In this document: positions 17,077 through 25,205 of the stretch, one piece after another
How the letters are laid out: each line of letters starts with the position of its first letter
How positions within the stretch are numbered: the first letter of the stretch is position 1
NCBI GenBank assembly: GCA_036155355.1
Contig: JAYZVT010000244.1
Location: forward strand, 1-29,004
Direction: 5' to 3'
From: Pseudomonadota bacterium
GTDB taxonomy: Bacteria; Pseudomonadota; Alphaproteobacteria; Rhizobiales; Methyloligellaceae
Length of the DNA stretch: 29,004 bases
Notes under the pieces: generated by a model
Seen by the model: only the letters and a program-made list of their open reading frames with translations
The model's database searches: none
Told to the model about the DNA's origin: nothing
Made by a program: the position numbers and the translations under genes

Positions 17077-18018
17077 ATGCATCCCGCCTATTCGGTCATC
17101 TTCTTCACCACCGCGTCCGGCGCGGGCTACGGACTGCTGTCGCTGCTCCTCCTGTTTGCGCTGCTTGGGCTGGTCTCGCCGGACGTCTGGCTCGGGCTGA
17201 CCGGGTTCGGCCTCGCCTTTGTGCTGATCGTGGCGGGGCTGCTGTCCTCGACCGCACATCTGGGACGCCCCGAGCGGGCGTGGCGGGCCTTCTCGCAGTG
17301 GCGCAGCTCGTGGCTGTCGCGCGAGGGCGTGATGGCGGTTCTGACTTTCGCACCCGCCGGCATCGCCGCACTTGGCTGGGTCCTGCTTGGAGAGGTTTCG
17401 GGCGCATTGGCCTGGGCGGGCTGGGCGGCGATCCTGTGCGCGGGCATGACCGTCTATTGCACGGGCATGATCTATGCGTCGCTCAAGACGATCCGCCAGT
17501 GGCACCATCCCCTCGTCGCACTCAACTATGTGGTGCTGGCGCTGGCGACAGGTGCAGTACTTTTAGACACATTGCTGACTATGACCGGCCAGCCGTCGAG
17601 ACAAGCGACGTGGACCGCTGTTGCGGCACTTGCCATCGCGCTCGCGCTCAAACTCGCCTACTGGGCCAGCATCGACAGCGCCAACAAGAGCTACACCGTC
17701 GGACGCGCCACGGGCCTCGGGCGCTTCGGCAAGGTGCAGCCGCTTGACCCGCCGCATACGGAACCCAACTTCGTCATGCGGGAGATGGGCTACCGTGTCG
17801 GCCGCAAGCACGCGGCAAGGCTGCGTCTGATCGCGGCCCTGCTGGGATTTATTCTGCCCGCCGTGCTACTCGCGATCGCGGAGCAGGCGGGCGGCGCGCC
17901 ATGGCTCAACTCAATCGCAGTGGCGTCGGCCGCCGCGGGCGTAGTCGTGGAGCGCTGGCTGTTCTTTGCGGAAGCGGAACATGTGGTGATGCTCTATTAC
18001 GGCGCGGGAGCCGCCTGA
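17077..18018 (+). CDS. soeC: Membrane anchor subunit (SoeC/DmsC-like)
   Basis: MHPAYSVIFFTTASGAGYG, HLGRPERAWRAFSQWRSSWLSREG, ERWLFFAEAEHVV; multiple hydrophobic segments. Confidence 0.87.
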   Translation: MHPAYSVIFFTTASGAGYGLLSLLLLFALLGLVSPDVWLGLTGFGLAFVLIVAGLLSSTAHLGRPERAWRAFSQWRSSWLSREGVMAVLTFAPAGIAALGWVLLGEVSGALAWAGWAAILCAGMTVYCTGMIYASLKTIRQWHHPLVALNYVVLALATGAVLLDTLLTMTGQPSRQATWTAVAALAIALALKLAYWASIDSANKSYTVGRATGLGRFGKVQPLDPPHTEPNFVMREMGYRVGRKHAARLRLIAALLGFILPAVLLAIAEQAGGAPWLNSIAVASAAAGVVVERWLFFAEAEHVVMLYYGAGAA

Positions 18019-18030
18019 CGGGAACTGCCT

Positions 18031-19929
18031 TCAGTTGCCCTGCGCCTGCTTGCGGCTGAGCTGCGGATTGCCGCCATTCTGCGTCACCGGCTGCTGCAAC
18101 AGCCCGAAGGACTTGCGCGCGGCAAGTCGCACCATATGCGCCGTGTAGGCATAGAGCTCTACCGCATCGACGGCGTTGTCGGCGTTGCCGATCGGGGCCA
18201 GGTCGGCGCGGCCGGCAAGGCCCTCAATGAGGTAGCGGGTGAACAGGCCGATACCGTATCGCGGGTCGTCGATCGTGCGCTGATCGCCCGACGCGGCGGC
18301 CATAACGGTCAGGCCCGGCGAAGGACTGCGCGGAAGTACTGATGTCCGCATCGCGGGAAGATTGGGCGGATAGACGATATCGCTGATGTCGCGCCCGAAC
18401 TCGGCCTCAAGCAGGACGAGCGAAGACTTCATACCGAGCGCGGCGACGCGGTCATAAAGCGTGGACAGGGGATAGCCGGTCTGCGCCGCCCGATGGGGAA
18501 GCGTGTCCACTGGCAGGAGAAAACGCTCCGACTGGTCCGGCAGGGTCGCGCCGTGACCGGCGAAATAGATGAACAGTCTCTCCGCGCCACGCCGCTTCAA
18601 CGCGGCGGCCAGCTCACCAGCACCGCCATCGCCAAACACTCGCCTGAAATCGTCGAGCGAAGCGTCCCGCAGATCGATGACGTTCTCGGCCTTTATTCCC
18701 AGATGCTCGGTGAGCAGTGCGTAAAAGGCGCCCGCATTGTTGTGTGCGCTGCCGTTGACCTCGATGCCGCCGCGATAGGACTTGTTGCCTATAACGACTG
18801 CGAAGTCCTTTTCGTGCCCCAGTCCATTGGAGAAGGGCCGGTAGAGTTCCCGCACCCGGGTGAAGGCAGCGCGACCGGCGGCGCCTGGCTGCGACCACCG
18901 CGGCAGCTGGGTGGGCGGACGCGAGCACAAGGACACGTTGGTCTCGCGTTCAATGAGCAAAATGTCGTCGAGGGGAAGATGCGAGTTTATCTGCAGGCAG
19001 GACTTGCACCACTCGACGACGCGATTGGCTTCATATGAAGCGATCTCCTTCGGCCCCAGCTCACGCGGCACCGGCAGGCAGTTGTCATGGCAGGCCTTGA
19101 GTTGCGGGCGCGCCCCATAGGCGCCGGTGACCAATTCCATGAGGTCGGGCGGCAAGCACTGCGCTTCGGCGGCGGCAAACAGGCGGGGCTGGGCCGGGGT
19201 CGAACCCTCGCCAGTCACAGGATCAGCCGGGCGGGCGGAGGCGACGTAGGTACCCAGCTCCCGCTGGGTCTCCGGGCAGAGATCGAAGAGACGCAGCTGT
19301 GTCTTCAGCTCGAGCGCGCCCTTGGTCGAAGCGGCCACATTGTAGTCCTTCTTGAAAAACCAGAAGGCGGTCCAGAAGGCCGATGTCGGGGTCGCGGCCG
19401 GCTCTCCCTTGAGATAGCCGGCCTCGATCATGCAGCGCTGGATCAGCGCCATGTCGGAGGTCAGCAGCGGCTCTTCGCCGGGCTTGCGGTCTATTCCGGC
19501 GTGCAACTGGGGATGGATGCACTGATCGCCCTGGGGTACATGCCCGGCCCGGCAGACGCACTTCTGCTCGGCCGGCGACCAGCGCTTGGTCTCGTCGCAG
19601 GCTTGCGCCAACTGCACGCACTTGTCATCGACAAGACCGTGGCCCTCGGCCACGCAGATGCACTTCTTCAATCCGTGCGAGTAGACCATCGGCGCCTCGC
19701 AAAGAGGCTGGGGCGCCGGCGCGGCGACCGGGGGACGCCTGAAGCGTCTGACCTGCGGCTCGGGCTGCTGATAGGGACTGAAGAAAGGCGAATAGTAATA
19801 TTGCTGCGCCAGTTGCAGGCGCTGCGGCGAGAACCGTGGTTCAGCTTTGGCGGGCAAGGCCGCAAGTGTCAGTTGGGCAGCGAGGACGGCTACAAACCCA
19901 CAAAGTGCGGACCTCATTCCCACACGCAT
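18031..19929 (-). CDS. Exported protein: Cys-rich repeats + peptidoglycan-binding-like segment + caspase-like (C14) domain lacking the catalytic Cys
   Basis: Signal peptide; two C-x12-C-x-C-x10/11-C units; LIQRCMIEAGYL...FWTAFWFFKKDY resembles PG_binding_1; FAVVIGNKSY...IYFAGHG (His kept) ...VLLEAEF (Glu where D-[AS]-C has Cys). Confidence 0.75.
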   Translation of the reverse strand: MRVGMRSALCGFVAVLAAQLTLAALPAKAEPRFSPQRLQLAQQYYYSPFFSPYQQPEPQVRRFRRPPVAAPAPQPLCEAPMVYSHGLKKCICVAEGHGLVDDKCVQLAQACDETKRWSPAEQKCVCRAGHVPQGDQCIHPQLHAGIDRKPGEEPLLTSDMALIQRCMIEAGYLKGEPAATPTSAFWTAFWFFKKDYNVAASTKGALELKTQLRLFDLCPETQRELGTYVASARPADPVTGEGSTPAQPRLFAAAEAQCLPPDLMELVTGAYGARPQLKACHDNCLPVPRELGPKEIASYEANRVVEWCKSCLQINSHLPLDDILLIERETNVSLCSRPPTQLPRWSQPGAAGRAAFTRVRELYRPFSNGLGHEKDFAVVIGNKSYRGGIEVNGSAHNNAGAFYALLTEHLGIKAENVIDLRDASLDDFRRVFGDGGAGELAAALKRRGAERLFIYFAGHGATLPDQSERFLLPVDTLPHRAAQTGYPLSTLYDRVAALGMKSSLVLLEAEFGRDISDIVYPPNLPAMRTSVLPRSPSPGLTVMAAASGDQRTIDDPRYGIGLFTRYLIEGLAGRADLAPIGNADNAVDAVELYAYTAHMVRLAARKSFGLLQQPVTQNGGNPQLSRKQAQGN

Positions 19930-20084
19930 CTTTCACTCCCCGACGCAACTTTCGGGCCTTCCTGCTGGACCCGTTACCAACTGCTGGACCGGACGCTAGC
20001 CTCCGGAGTCCGCAATCCTACCCGTCATGCAGCGCGAGAGGAACCGTTCGTTCTCAAACGCCGTTAATTTCACCACGCTGTCTG

Positions 20085-21020
20085 TCATTTCACCAACTGG
20101 TACTCGACGCGCCGGTCGAAGGCGTAGCGCTCTTCCTCGGAATATTTCGCCGGATCATCGGGCACGAAGGGCGCACGTTCGCCCAGGCCGACGACCTCGA
20201 TGTTGCCCTTGTACCCGTTGGCAAGCAGATAGCCCTTCACCGCTTCCGCGCGCGCCAGGGACAGGCCGAGATTATAGCCGTCGTTCCCGCGCGGGTCGGT
20301 ATGACCGATCAGCTTCACATGTGCGACTGAGTGATCGCCCAGATAGGCGAGGATGTCCGCGACCGCCTTCTCGCCATCGGGAGTCAGTACGGCGGCGTCA
20401 TATTCGAACCGCACAGGGACCGGCACCGACTCGGCGGTGAAATTGCGGAAGTTCGGCGAGCCGGCGCCGCTGACCTTGCCGCGGAATCGGCGGGTAGCGA
20501 CGTAGACCGGGGCCAGCGCGCGGGCCTGGTAGGCGAGCTTGGCCACACGCTCCTCATCCTCCTTCGCCGGCGGCTTGGGGTTGAGCGCCGTATCACGCAT
20601 GTCATCGAGCGCGGATTCGTAGGCCCTGACCGCCTCGCCATACTGCTTGGCCCCATATTGGGCATCGCCCAGCGCAACCATCACCTGCCAGGGTTGGCCG
20701 TAGGACGCCGCCTGTTTCAATTGATCGAGCGCAATCGTACCGCCGCCACCTGCATCGGCCTGCATCTTCTTCAGGCTGGCAAGCGCGAGCACGCGTCCGA
20801 CGCGGGCGCGATACTGTCCGTCGCAGCTGGTATCGGCCAGCATCCGGGAATGCAGATCGGGGAACCGGGCCAAATCGGCGGCGCCTATGGCCTCGCGCAG
20901 GTCCTTGTCCAGGACCGTACAATCGGCAAGAGCCGCCCCTGGAATAAGGACGGCTCCTGCAAGAATGATGGGGAGGGCGCGGAGCGCCCTCCCCTTTGTC
21001 GTTGGCGTCGAGGCACTCAT
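20085..21020 (-). CDS. Exported OmpA-family peptidoglycan-binding protein with N-terminal TPR-like helical domain
   Basis: Signal peptide; ALGDAQYGAKQYGEAVRAYESAL (TPR-like); VRFEYDAAVL...IGHTDPRGNDGYNLGLSLARAEAVK...DRRVE (OmpA C-terminal). Confidence 0.85.
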   Translation of the reverse strand: MSASTPTTKGRALRALPIILAGAVLIPGAALADCTVLDKDLREAIGAADLARFPDLHSRMLADTSCDGQYRARVGRVLALASLKKMQADAGGGGTIALDQLKQAASYGQPWQVMVALGDAQYGAKQYGEAVRAYESALDDMRDTALNPKPPAKEDEERVAKLAYQARALAPVYVATRRFRGKVSGAGSPNFRNFTAESVPVPVRFEYDAAVLTPDGEKAVADILAYLGDHSVAHVKLIGHTDPRGNDGYNLGLSLARAEAVKGYLLANGYKGNIEVVGLGERAPFVPDDPAKYSEEERYAFDRRVEYQLVK

Positions 21021-23539
21021 TTCACCTCGACCGTGATGGCTGTCCGCGACAGGACCGTCGGCTTCGGCGCCGCCTTGCCGTCCTTGATCGCGGCCTTGCC
21101 TTCGGCGACCTTCTCCTTGCCCTCGACCACGATCTGACGGGTGAGGAACTCGCGATACTGGCCGACGTCAGTGAAAGCGCGGGTCTTGAAGTCGTGCTTG
21201 ATGCCGTCAACGAGCTTGCTGTCGGCATTGCACACGGCGATCACCGTCTCCTTGCCCTTGTCCTTCAGGCGCAGCTGGAAGGGTGCCTTGGCACCTGGCA
21301 ACTTCACCTCCTTGCCAGCAGCGATGAGATTGTCCTGCTGGAACTTGTTGGGGAAGATGACGGTGCCGACGCCCTTGCCATCAACGTTGATGAGCGTCAG
21401 GTTGCAGTTCTCCTTCGACGTAATGCTGAGCTGGAGCAGTTCCCCGACGTCGTACACGGACTTGTCGGAGAGCAGAGCCAGGTCGAACTCGGCCTGCTTG
21501 CCCTTGGGCTTGTCGTCGCCCACCTTGGCCACGTCAGCCTTCGCGGCATCGCCGCCGGTGTCCACGCGAAGGTCGTCAGAGACCTTCTCGATGACCTCGG
21601 CGAAGCGCGCCTCGAACTGCTCGCGCGGCAGCACACCCTGCTCGAGACGACGCTTGGTCCGGAAGGACTCGCCGCCATCGGCCGCGAGACCCTCGGCAAG
21701 CTGCTCGCTGGAGATGCCGTACTCGGCCGCCGCAACGCGCAGGTCAAGCGCCTTCTCATACTGCTTGGAGAGGAAGTTGATGCTCTCCACGCCCGACTGC
21801 TGGGAGTCGAGGTCCGGATCGAGACCAGCACGCAGCATGGCCGTGCGGAAGCGGTTGTAGTCGTCGTCGAGGAGCTTGTTCATCTCCGCGACTTCGGGAT
21901 ACAGCGCCTTCACCTTTTCACGGGTGTCGCGATCGAAGGTACGGTCCGTAAACACATGCTTGCGGATTTCGTCCGTCGCACGCCGGATGCCCTGGTTGTG
22001 GCAGCCGAAGCAGGAGATGCCGTTGGTGACGGCACGGTCGAGCTGACTGTCATCGAGGACGATCTCGGTCGGACCCTTCTCCAGGCGCTTGCCGTCAGCG
22101 GTGTTCAGGTAATAGCCCTGGAAACCGTTAGGCAGGCTGAAAATGGTCTCGCCACCGTCTTCCTTGAAGGCGTTCGGGCCCTTGGGACCGAGCGGGCGCA
22201 CGAACAGGCTCTGCTCGGGCCTGTCACCCTTGAAGTCGTAGGAGGTCCAGAAATAGCCGGTGTTGATCGAGTGACGCTCGATCAGACGGTTATGCTTGGA
22301 CACGCCCGACTTCTGGAAGCCCGCACGGGCGGCGCGGAACTTCTCGATGTTCTCGGTCACGTCGACGCCAAAGTCCTTCTGAAGCTGCTGGAAGTTGTCC
22401 GGGAGCTTCAGGAGATCGTAATAGAGCGGCGGCCGCGACGCGGTGAAGGCAAACCAGTCGCCACGGATCCAGGATATGGGCGTGTCGGTGATCTGCTTGA
22501 CCGTGTCATAGGTCGTCGTATCGGGACGGTTGGCATAGGGGTAGGACTTGATGATCGTGTCCCAGTCCTTGGCCTCCCACTTCAGGTCGTCCAGATTGAA
22601 GGCAATGATGGTATTGTCCTTGTCGATCGTCCGCATCTTTAGGACGTCCGACTGGCGGCTGAGACTGTTCAGCAGCTTCACCACGCCCTGACGCAGACGC
22701 ACCAGGTTCTCCTCCTTCTCGCAAACGTTGTAGAAGTGAGAGAGCGTGATGTAGCGCATGCCCTTGCGGCGATGGTCTTGTTGGGCATTCAGGTCGGCCG
22801 CGATCGACTCGACGATGTCGGCGCTGGCGATCGGCTTGCGGTCGCACTTGGGCGGCGCAAGCGAAACGATCCAGTCCGAAATGGCCTTAACCTCTTCGAC
22901 CGTCGGCTCATCTCCGCCGGAGAATTCCTGGCGGACGTCATACGGCATGGTGCCGTCGAGCAATGTCTTGAAGAGGCGCGAGCCCTCCGGCAACCCCGCG
23001 ACCACGAGGTTCGCATCCTTGGCGACCTCGTCGAGTTGCAGGACGTTGCCGAAATTCTTGGCCGGCTTTTCGCGCTCGAGACGGCCGATCTGATGGCAGC
23101 GGGCGCAATGCTTGTCGAGCGCCTTGAATGCCTTCAGTGCGACCGGATCCGTGGGCTCCGCGATGGCCGCGGCCTGAACGGGCGCGGGAGCTGGAGCGGG
23201 AGCCGGTGCCGGTTCAGGCGCCTGGGCCTGGACAGGCTCAGGGGCCGGCGCGGGAGCCGGTGCCTGGACCTGTGCTGGCGCTGGCTCTGGAGCGGGCGCC
23301 TGCACCTGGGCCGGAGCAGGCTCGGGAGCCTGCGCCTGTGCGGGCGCAGCTTCGGCCGGCTTGGCCTCCTCGGGCTTTGCTCCCGCTTCGGGAGCCGTGC
23401 CCTGGACCGTCTGGATGGCTTCCGCCGCCCTGTCGGCCGGTTGTTTGCCTTCGGCGGCATATGCGCCGATAACGCCCACGACGCCTGCGACGGCGAGGGC
23501 GAGTACGGATATCGATGTCAGTCCTATGCGCGATCTCAT
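21017..23539 (-). CDS. Large exported c-type cytochrome: Pro/Ala linker, planctomycete-type cytochrome c domain, unknown central domain with second CxxCH, C-terminal DUF4384-like domain
   Basis: GGAGG RBS; signal/anchor peptide; CARCH (23093-23107) followed by G.PEGSRL...GTMP...EVKAISDWI; CFGCH (21998-22012); DKSVYDVGELLQLSITSKENCNLTLINVDGKGVGTVIFPN. Confidence 0.75.
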   Translation of the reverse strand: MRSRIGLTSISVLALAVAGVVGVIGAYAAEGKQPADRAAEAIQTVQGTAPEAGAKPEEAKPAEAAPAQAQAPEPAPAQVQAPAPEPAPAQVQAPAPAPAPEPVQAQAPEPAPAPAPAPAPVQAAAIAEPTDPVALKAFKALDKHCARCHQIGRLEREKPAKNFGNVLQLDEVAKDANLVVAGLPEGSRLFKTLLDGTMPYDVRQEFSGGDEPTVEEVKAISDWIVSLAPPKCDRKPIASADIVESIAADLNAQQDHRRKGMRYITLSHFYNVCEKEENLVRLRQGVVKLLNSLSRQSDVLKMRTIDKDNTIIAFNLDDLKWEAKDWDTIIKSYPYANRPDTTTYDTVKQITDTPISWIRGDWFAFTASRPPLYYDLLKLPDNFQQLQKDFGVDVTENIEKFRAARAGFQKSGVSKHNRLIERHSINTGYFWTSYDFKGDRPEQSLFVRPLGPKGPNAFKEDGGETIFSLPNGFQGYYLNTADGKRLEKGPTEIVLDDSQLDRAVTNGISCFGCHNQGIRRATDEIRKHVFTDRTFDRDTREKVKALYPEVAEMNKLLDDDYNRFRTAMLRAGLDPDLDSQQSGVESINFLSKQYEKALDLRVAAAEYGISSEQLAEGLAADGGESFRTKRRLEQGVLPREQFEARFAEVIEKVSDDLRVDTGGDAAKADVAKVGDDKPKGKQAEFDLALLSDKSVYDVGELLQLSITSKENCNLTLINVDGKGVGTVIFPNKFQQDNLIAAGKEVKLPGAKAPFQLRLKDKGKETVIAVCNADSKLVDGIKHDFKTRAFTDVGQYREFLTRQIVVEGKEKVAEGKAAIKDGKAAPKPTVLSRTAITVEVK
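23174..23359 (-). repeat. Intragenic low-complexity (A)PEPAPAQVQAP-type repeat encoding a Pro/Ala/Gln linker
   Basis: Translation PAEAAPAQAQAPEPAPAQVQAPAPEPAPAQVQAPAPAPAPEPVQAQAPEPAPAPAPAPAPVQ. Confidence 0.85.
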
Positions 23540-23683
23540 TTTAACCTCCGCTGGCGTGGAGTTGGCGTTCTCGCACAGCCCTAGTGCCCGCCGGCTGAAT
23601 GGCGCATGAACGGCCCTGCTCCGCTCACGTTCATCTTGTTCCGGTCCGGTGTCTGGAAATGGCAGGCTCCTCAGATAATCCCG

Positions 23684-25204
23684 CTATTTAACGATTTCAT
23701 AGCGCAGTGTCGCAACCGACCAACTGGCGAATTCCGTGTTCTTGGCGGCATCATTGGCATGCAATGGTGTCCCGAGCGCGGCGGCCAGCTTGGGCAGAAA
23801 CGATTCGACCGCTTCCTGGCGGGGTATTACCTCGATGGAGCGCGTCTTCACTTCCTTGCCGAAGTCCACCTGGTCGCGAGTGACGATGGCGACGATATAG
23901 CCCGAACTGGGGGCCGTGGCGTTGAACTTGAGGCCATAATAGTCGTCCGGCACCGATAATGGCGAGCCGGCGAGCAGACGGCCGGTATTCGCGGTCTCGT
24001 ATTTACGCGAGAACTGGTTGGGGTAGAGCTGGACGAGCTTTCCGTCGTCGGACAGGTCGAGCAGGATCAGATAACCCTCATGCGGGCTTGTCACCCGGAA
24101 GCGGATATCTCGCGTGCCGACATGCACCGGTGACGGAGGGTGAAGTTCGACAACTACGCCATGCACATTGCCCTTGGCGAGGAAGTCTGTCACCTGTCCG
24201 ATATCAAGCTTCGCCGGCGGCGCATCCGGCGCGATGGCGGCCTTCTCCTTGCCAAGAGCAGACGCCGCATGTGCGCCGGCAGGGTCCAGCTTCGGCGTCA
24301 AACCCATCTCGCAGCGGTCCGCATGGGACCTGCAATATGCGGCGGAGCCGGTGCTGACGTAGCTCAGAAGCTCGGCATTGGAGATGACGCCATTGCCGTT
24401 CTTGTCGGCTTTGGCCTCGCCGAGGGCTTCGACATAGAGTTTGGTGAAGACGCCATGAGCCTTGCCACCCGCGGCATCCACAAGCGCAACCTGGCTGCCG
24501 GCGACAGCCGACCATACCGACAGGCTGCCGCTGGCCAGAGTCGTCTCGACGAAACCGCCCTCTTCCGCCTTCTGGGCCGCGGCGGCAGCCTCGACCACGA
24601 TTGAACGCGTCGCGGTAGCTATCTGCGGCGTGCGCGCGGCGACGACGATCTTGCCGCCGGACTTGGCATCGCGCGTGACCGCGCCTGAATGTCCTGAATC
24701 TATTACGACAGTGACGTTGCGACCCTCGAGCACTTTGAGTGCCTCGGAGAACTCGTCATCACTCAGCAGGCCGGAAATCTCCGGCTTCGGCCCCGAGCCT
24801 TCCACCTTTGAATCGAACAAGGCCAACGCCTCGTCGAGGCCGTCGGTCTCGTCGCCATTGGTATCCTTCTGGAAGTAACCCATGCCCGCATAATAGAAGT
24901 AGGCACGCTCGCCGGGCTTGGTTCCCTTGCCAAGCCAGTCCGCTACGTTGGCCAGCACTGCCGCCTTGGTCGCCTCGGCGTCCTTCAGCACCTTTATGTC
25001 ACCGGCGGCAAAGCCGAGTTTGGACGTGAGCAACGCCTTGATCGCCTCGACGTCGTTGATTGCCGAAGGCATTTCTAGGCGCAGCTTCTCGTCGGCGTAT
25101 GCATCCACGCCAACAAGCAGCGCCCTGTCGGCGGCGGCGCATGCGGCTGGAGAGGCGAGATGAATGGCGAGACCTGCGACGGGTATGAGGGCGAGCAGGC
25201 GCAT
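23684..25204 (-). CDS. Exported caspase-family (C14) pseudo-protease + DUF4384-like domain
   Basis: Signal peptide; RALLVGVDAY...NDVEAIKALL...ATKAAV; FYYAGMG and VIDSGHSG where AGHG and DSCHSG are expected; C-terminal FRVTSPHEGYLILLDLSDDGKLVQLYPN. Confidence 0.82.
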   Translation of the reverse strand: MRLLALIPVAGLAIHLASPAACAAADRALLVGVDAYADEKLRLEMPSAINDVEAIKALLTSKLGFAAGDIKVLKDAEATKAAVLANVADWLGKGTKPGERAYFYYAGMGYFQKDTNGDETDGLDEALALFDSKVEGSGPKPEISGLLSDDEFSEALKVLEGRNVTVVIDSGHSGAVTRDAKSGGKIVVAARTPQIATATRSIVVEAAAAAQKAEEGGFVETTLASGSLSVWSAVAGSQVALVDAAGGKAHGVFTKLYVEALGEAKADKNGNGVISNAELLSYVSTGSAAYCRSHADRCEMGLTPKLDPAGAHAASALGKEKAAIAPDAPPAKLDIGQVTDFLAKGNVHGVVVELHPPSPVHVGTRDIRFRVTSPHEGYLILLDLSDDGKLVQLYPNQFSRKYETANTGRLLAGSPLSVPDDYYGLKFNATAPSSGYIVAIVTRDQVDFGKEVKTRSIEVIPRQEAVESFLPKLAAALGTPLHANDAAKNTEFASWSVATLRYEIVK

Positions 25205-25205
25205 G

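Noticed and set aside
18985-19100. Possible heme motifs (LKACH, CKSCL) in the Cys-rich pseudo-caspase
   Set aside because: Neither is a full CxxCH; more likely disulfide cysteines.
20040-20065. GGAAC-N17-CGTT matching the EcfG/general-stress sigma promoter consensus
   Set aside because: It is on the plus strand, pointing antisense into the 3' end of the OmpA gene with no sense ORF to drive; a short motif that can arise by chance.
20996-22642. 548-aa plus-strand ORF and neighbouring plus-strand ORFs
   Set aside because: Antisense shadows of the 840-aa gene.
23174-23359. CRISPR array or non-coding tandem repeat
   Set aside because: Repeats are degenerate, in frame and encode a Pro/Ala linker; no spacers or cas genes. 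No CRISPR array was seen anywhere in the window.
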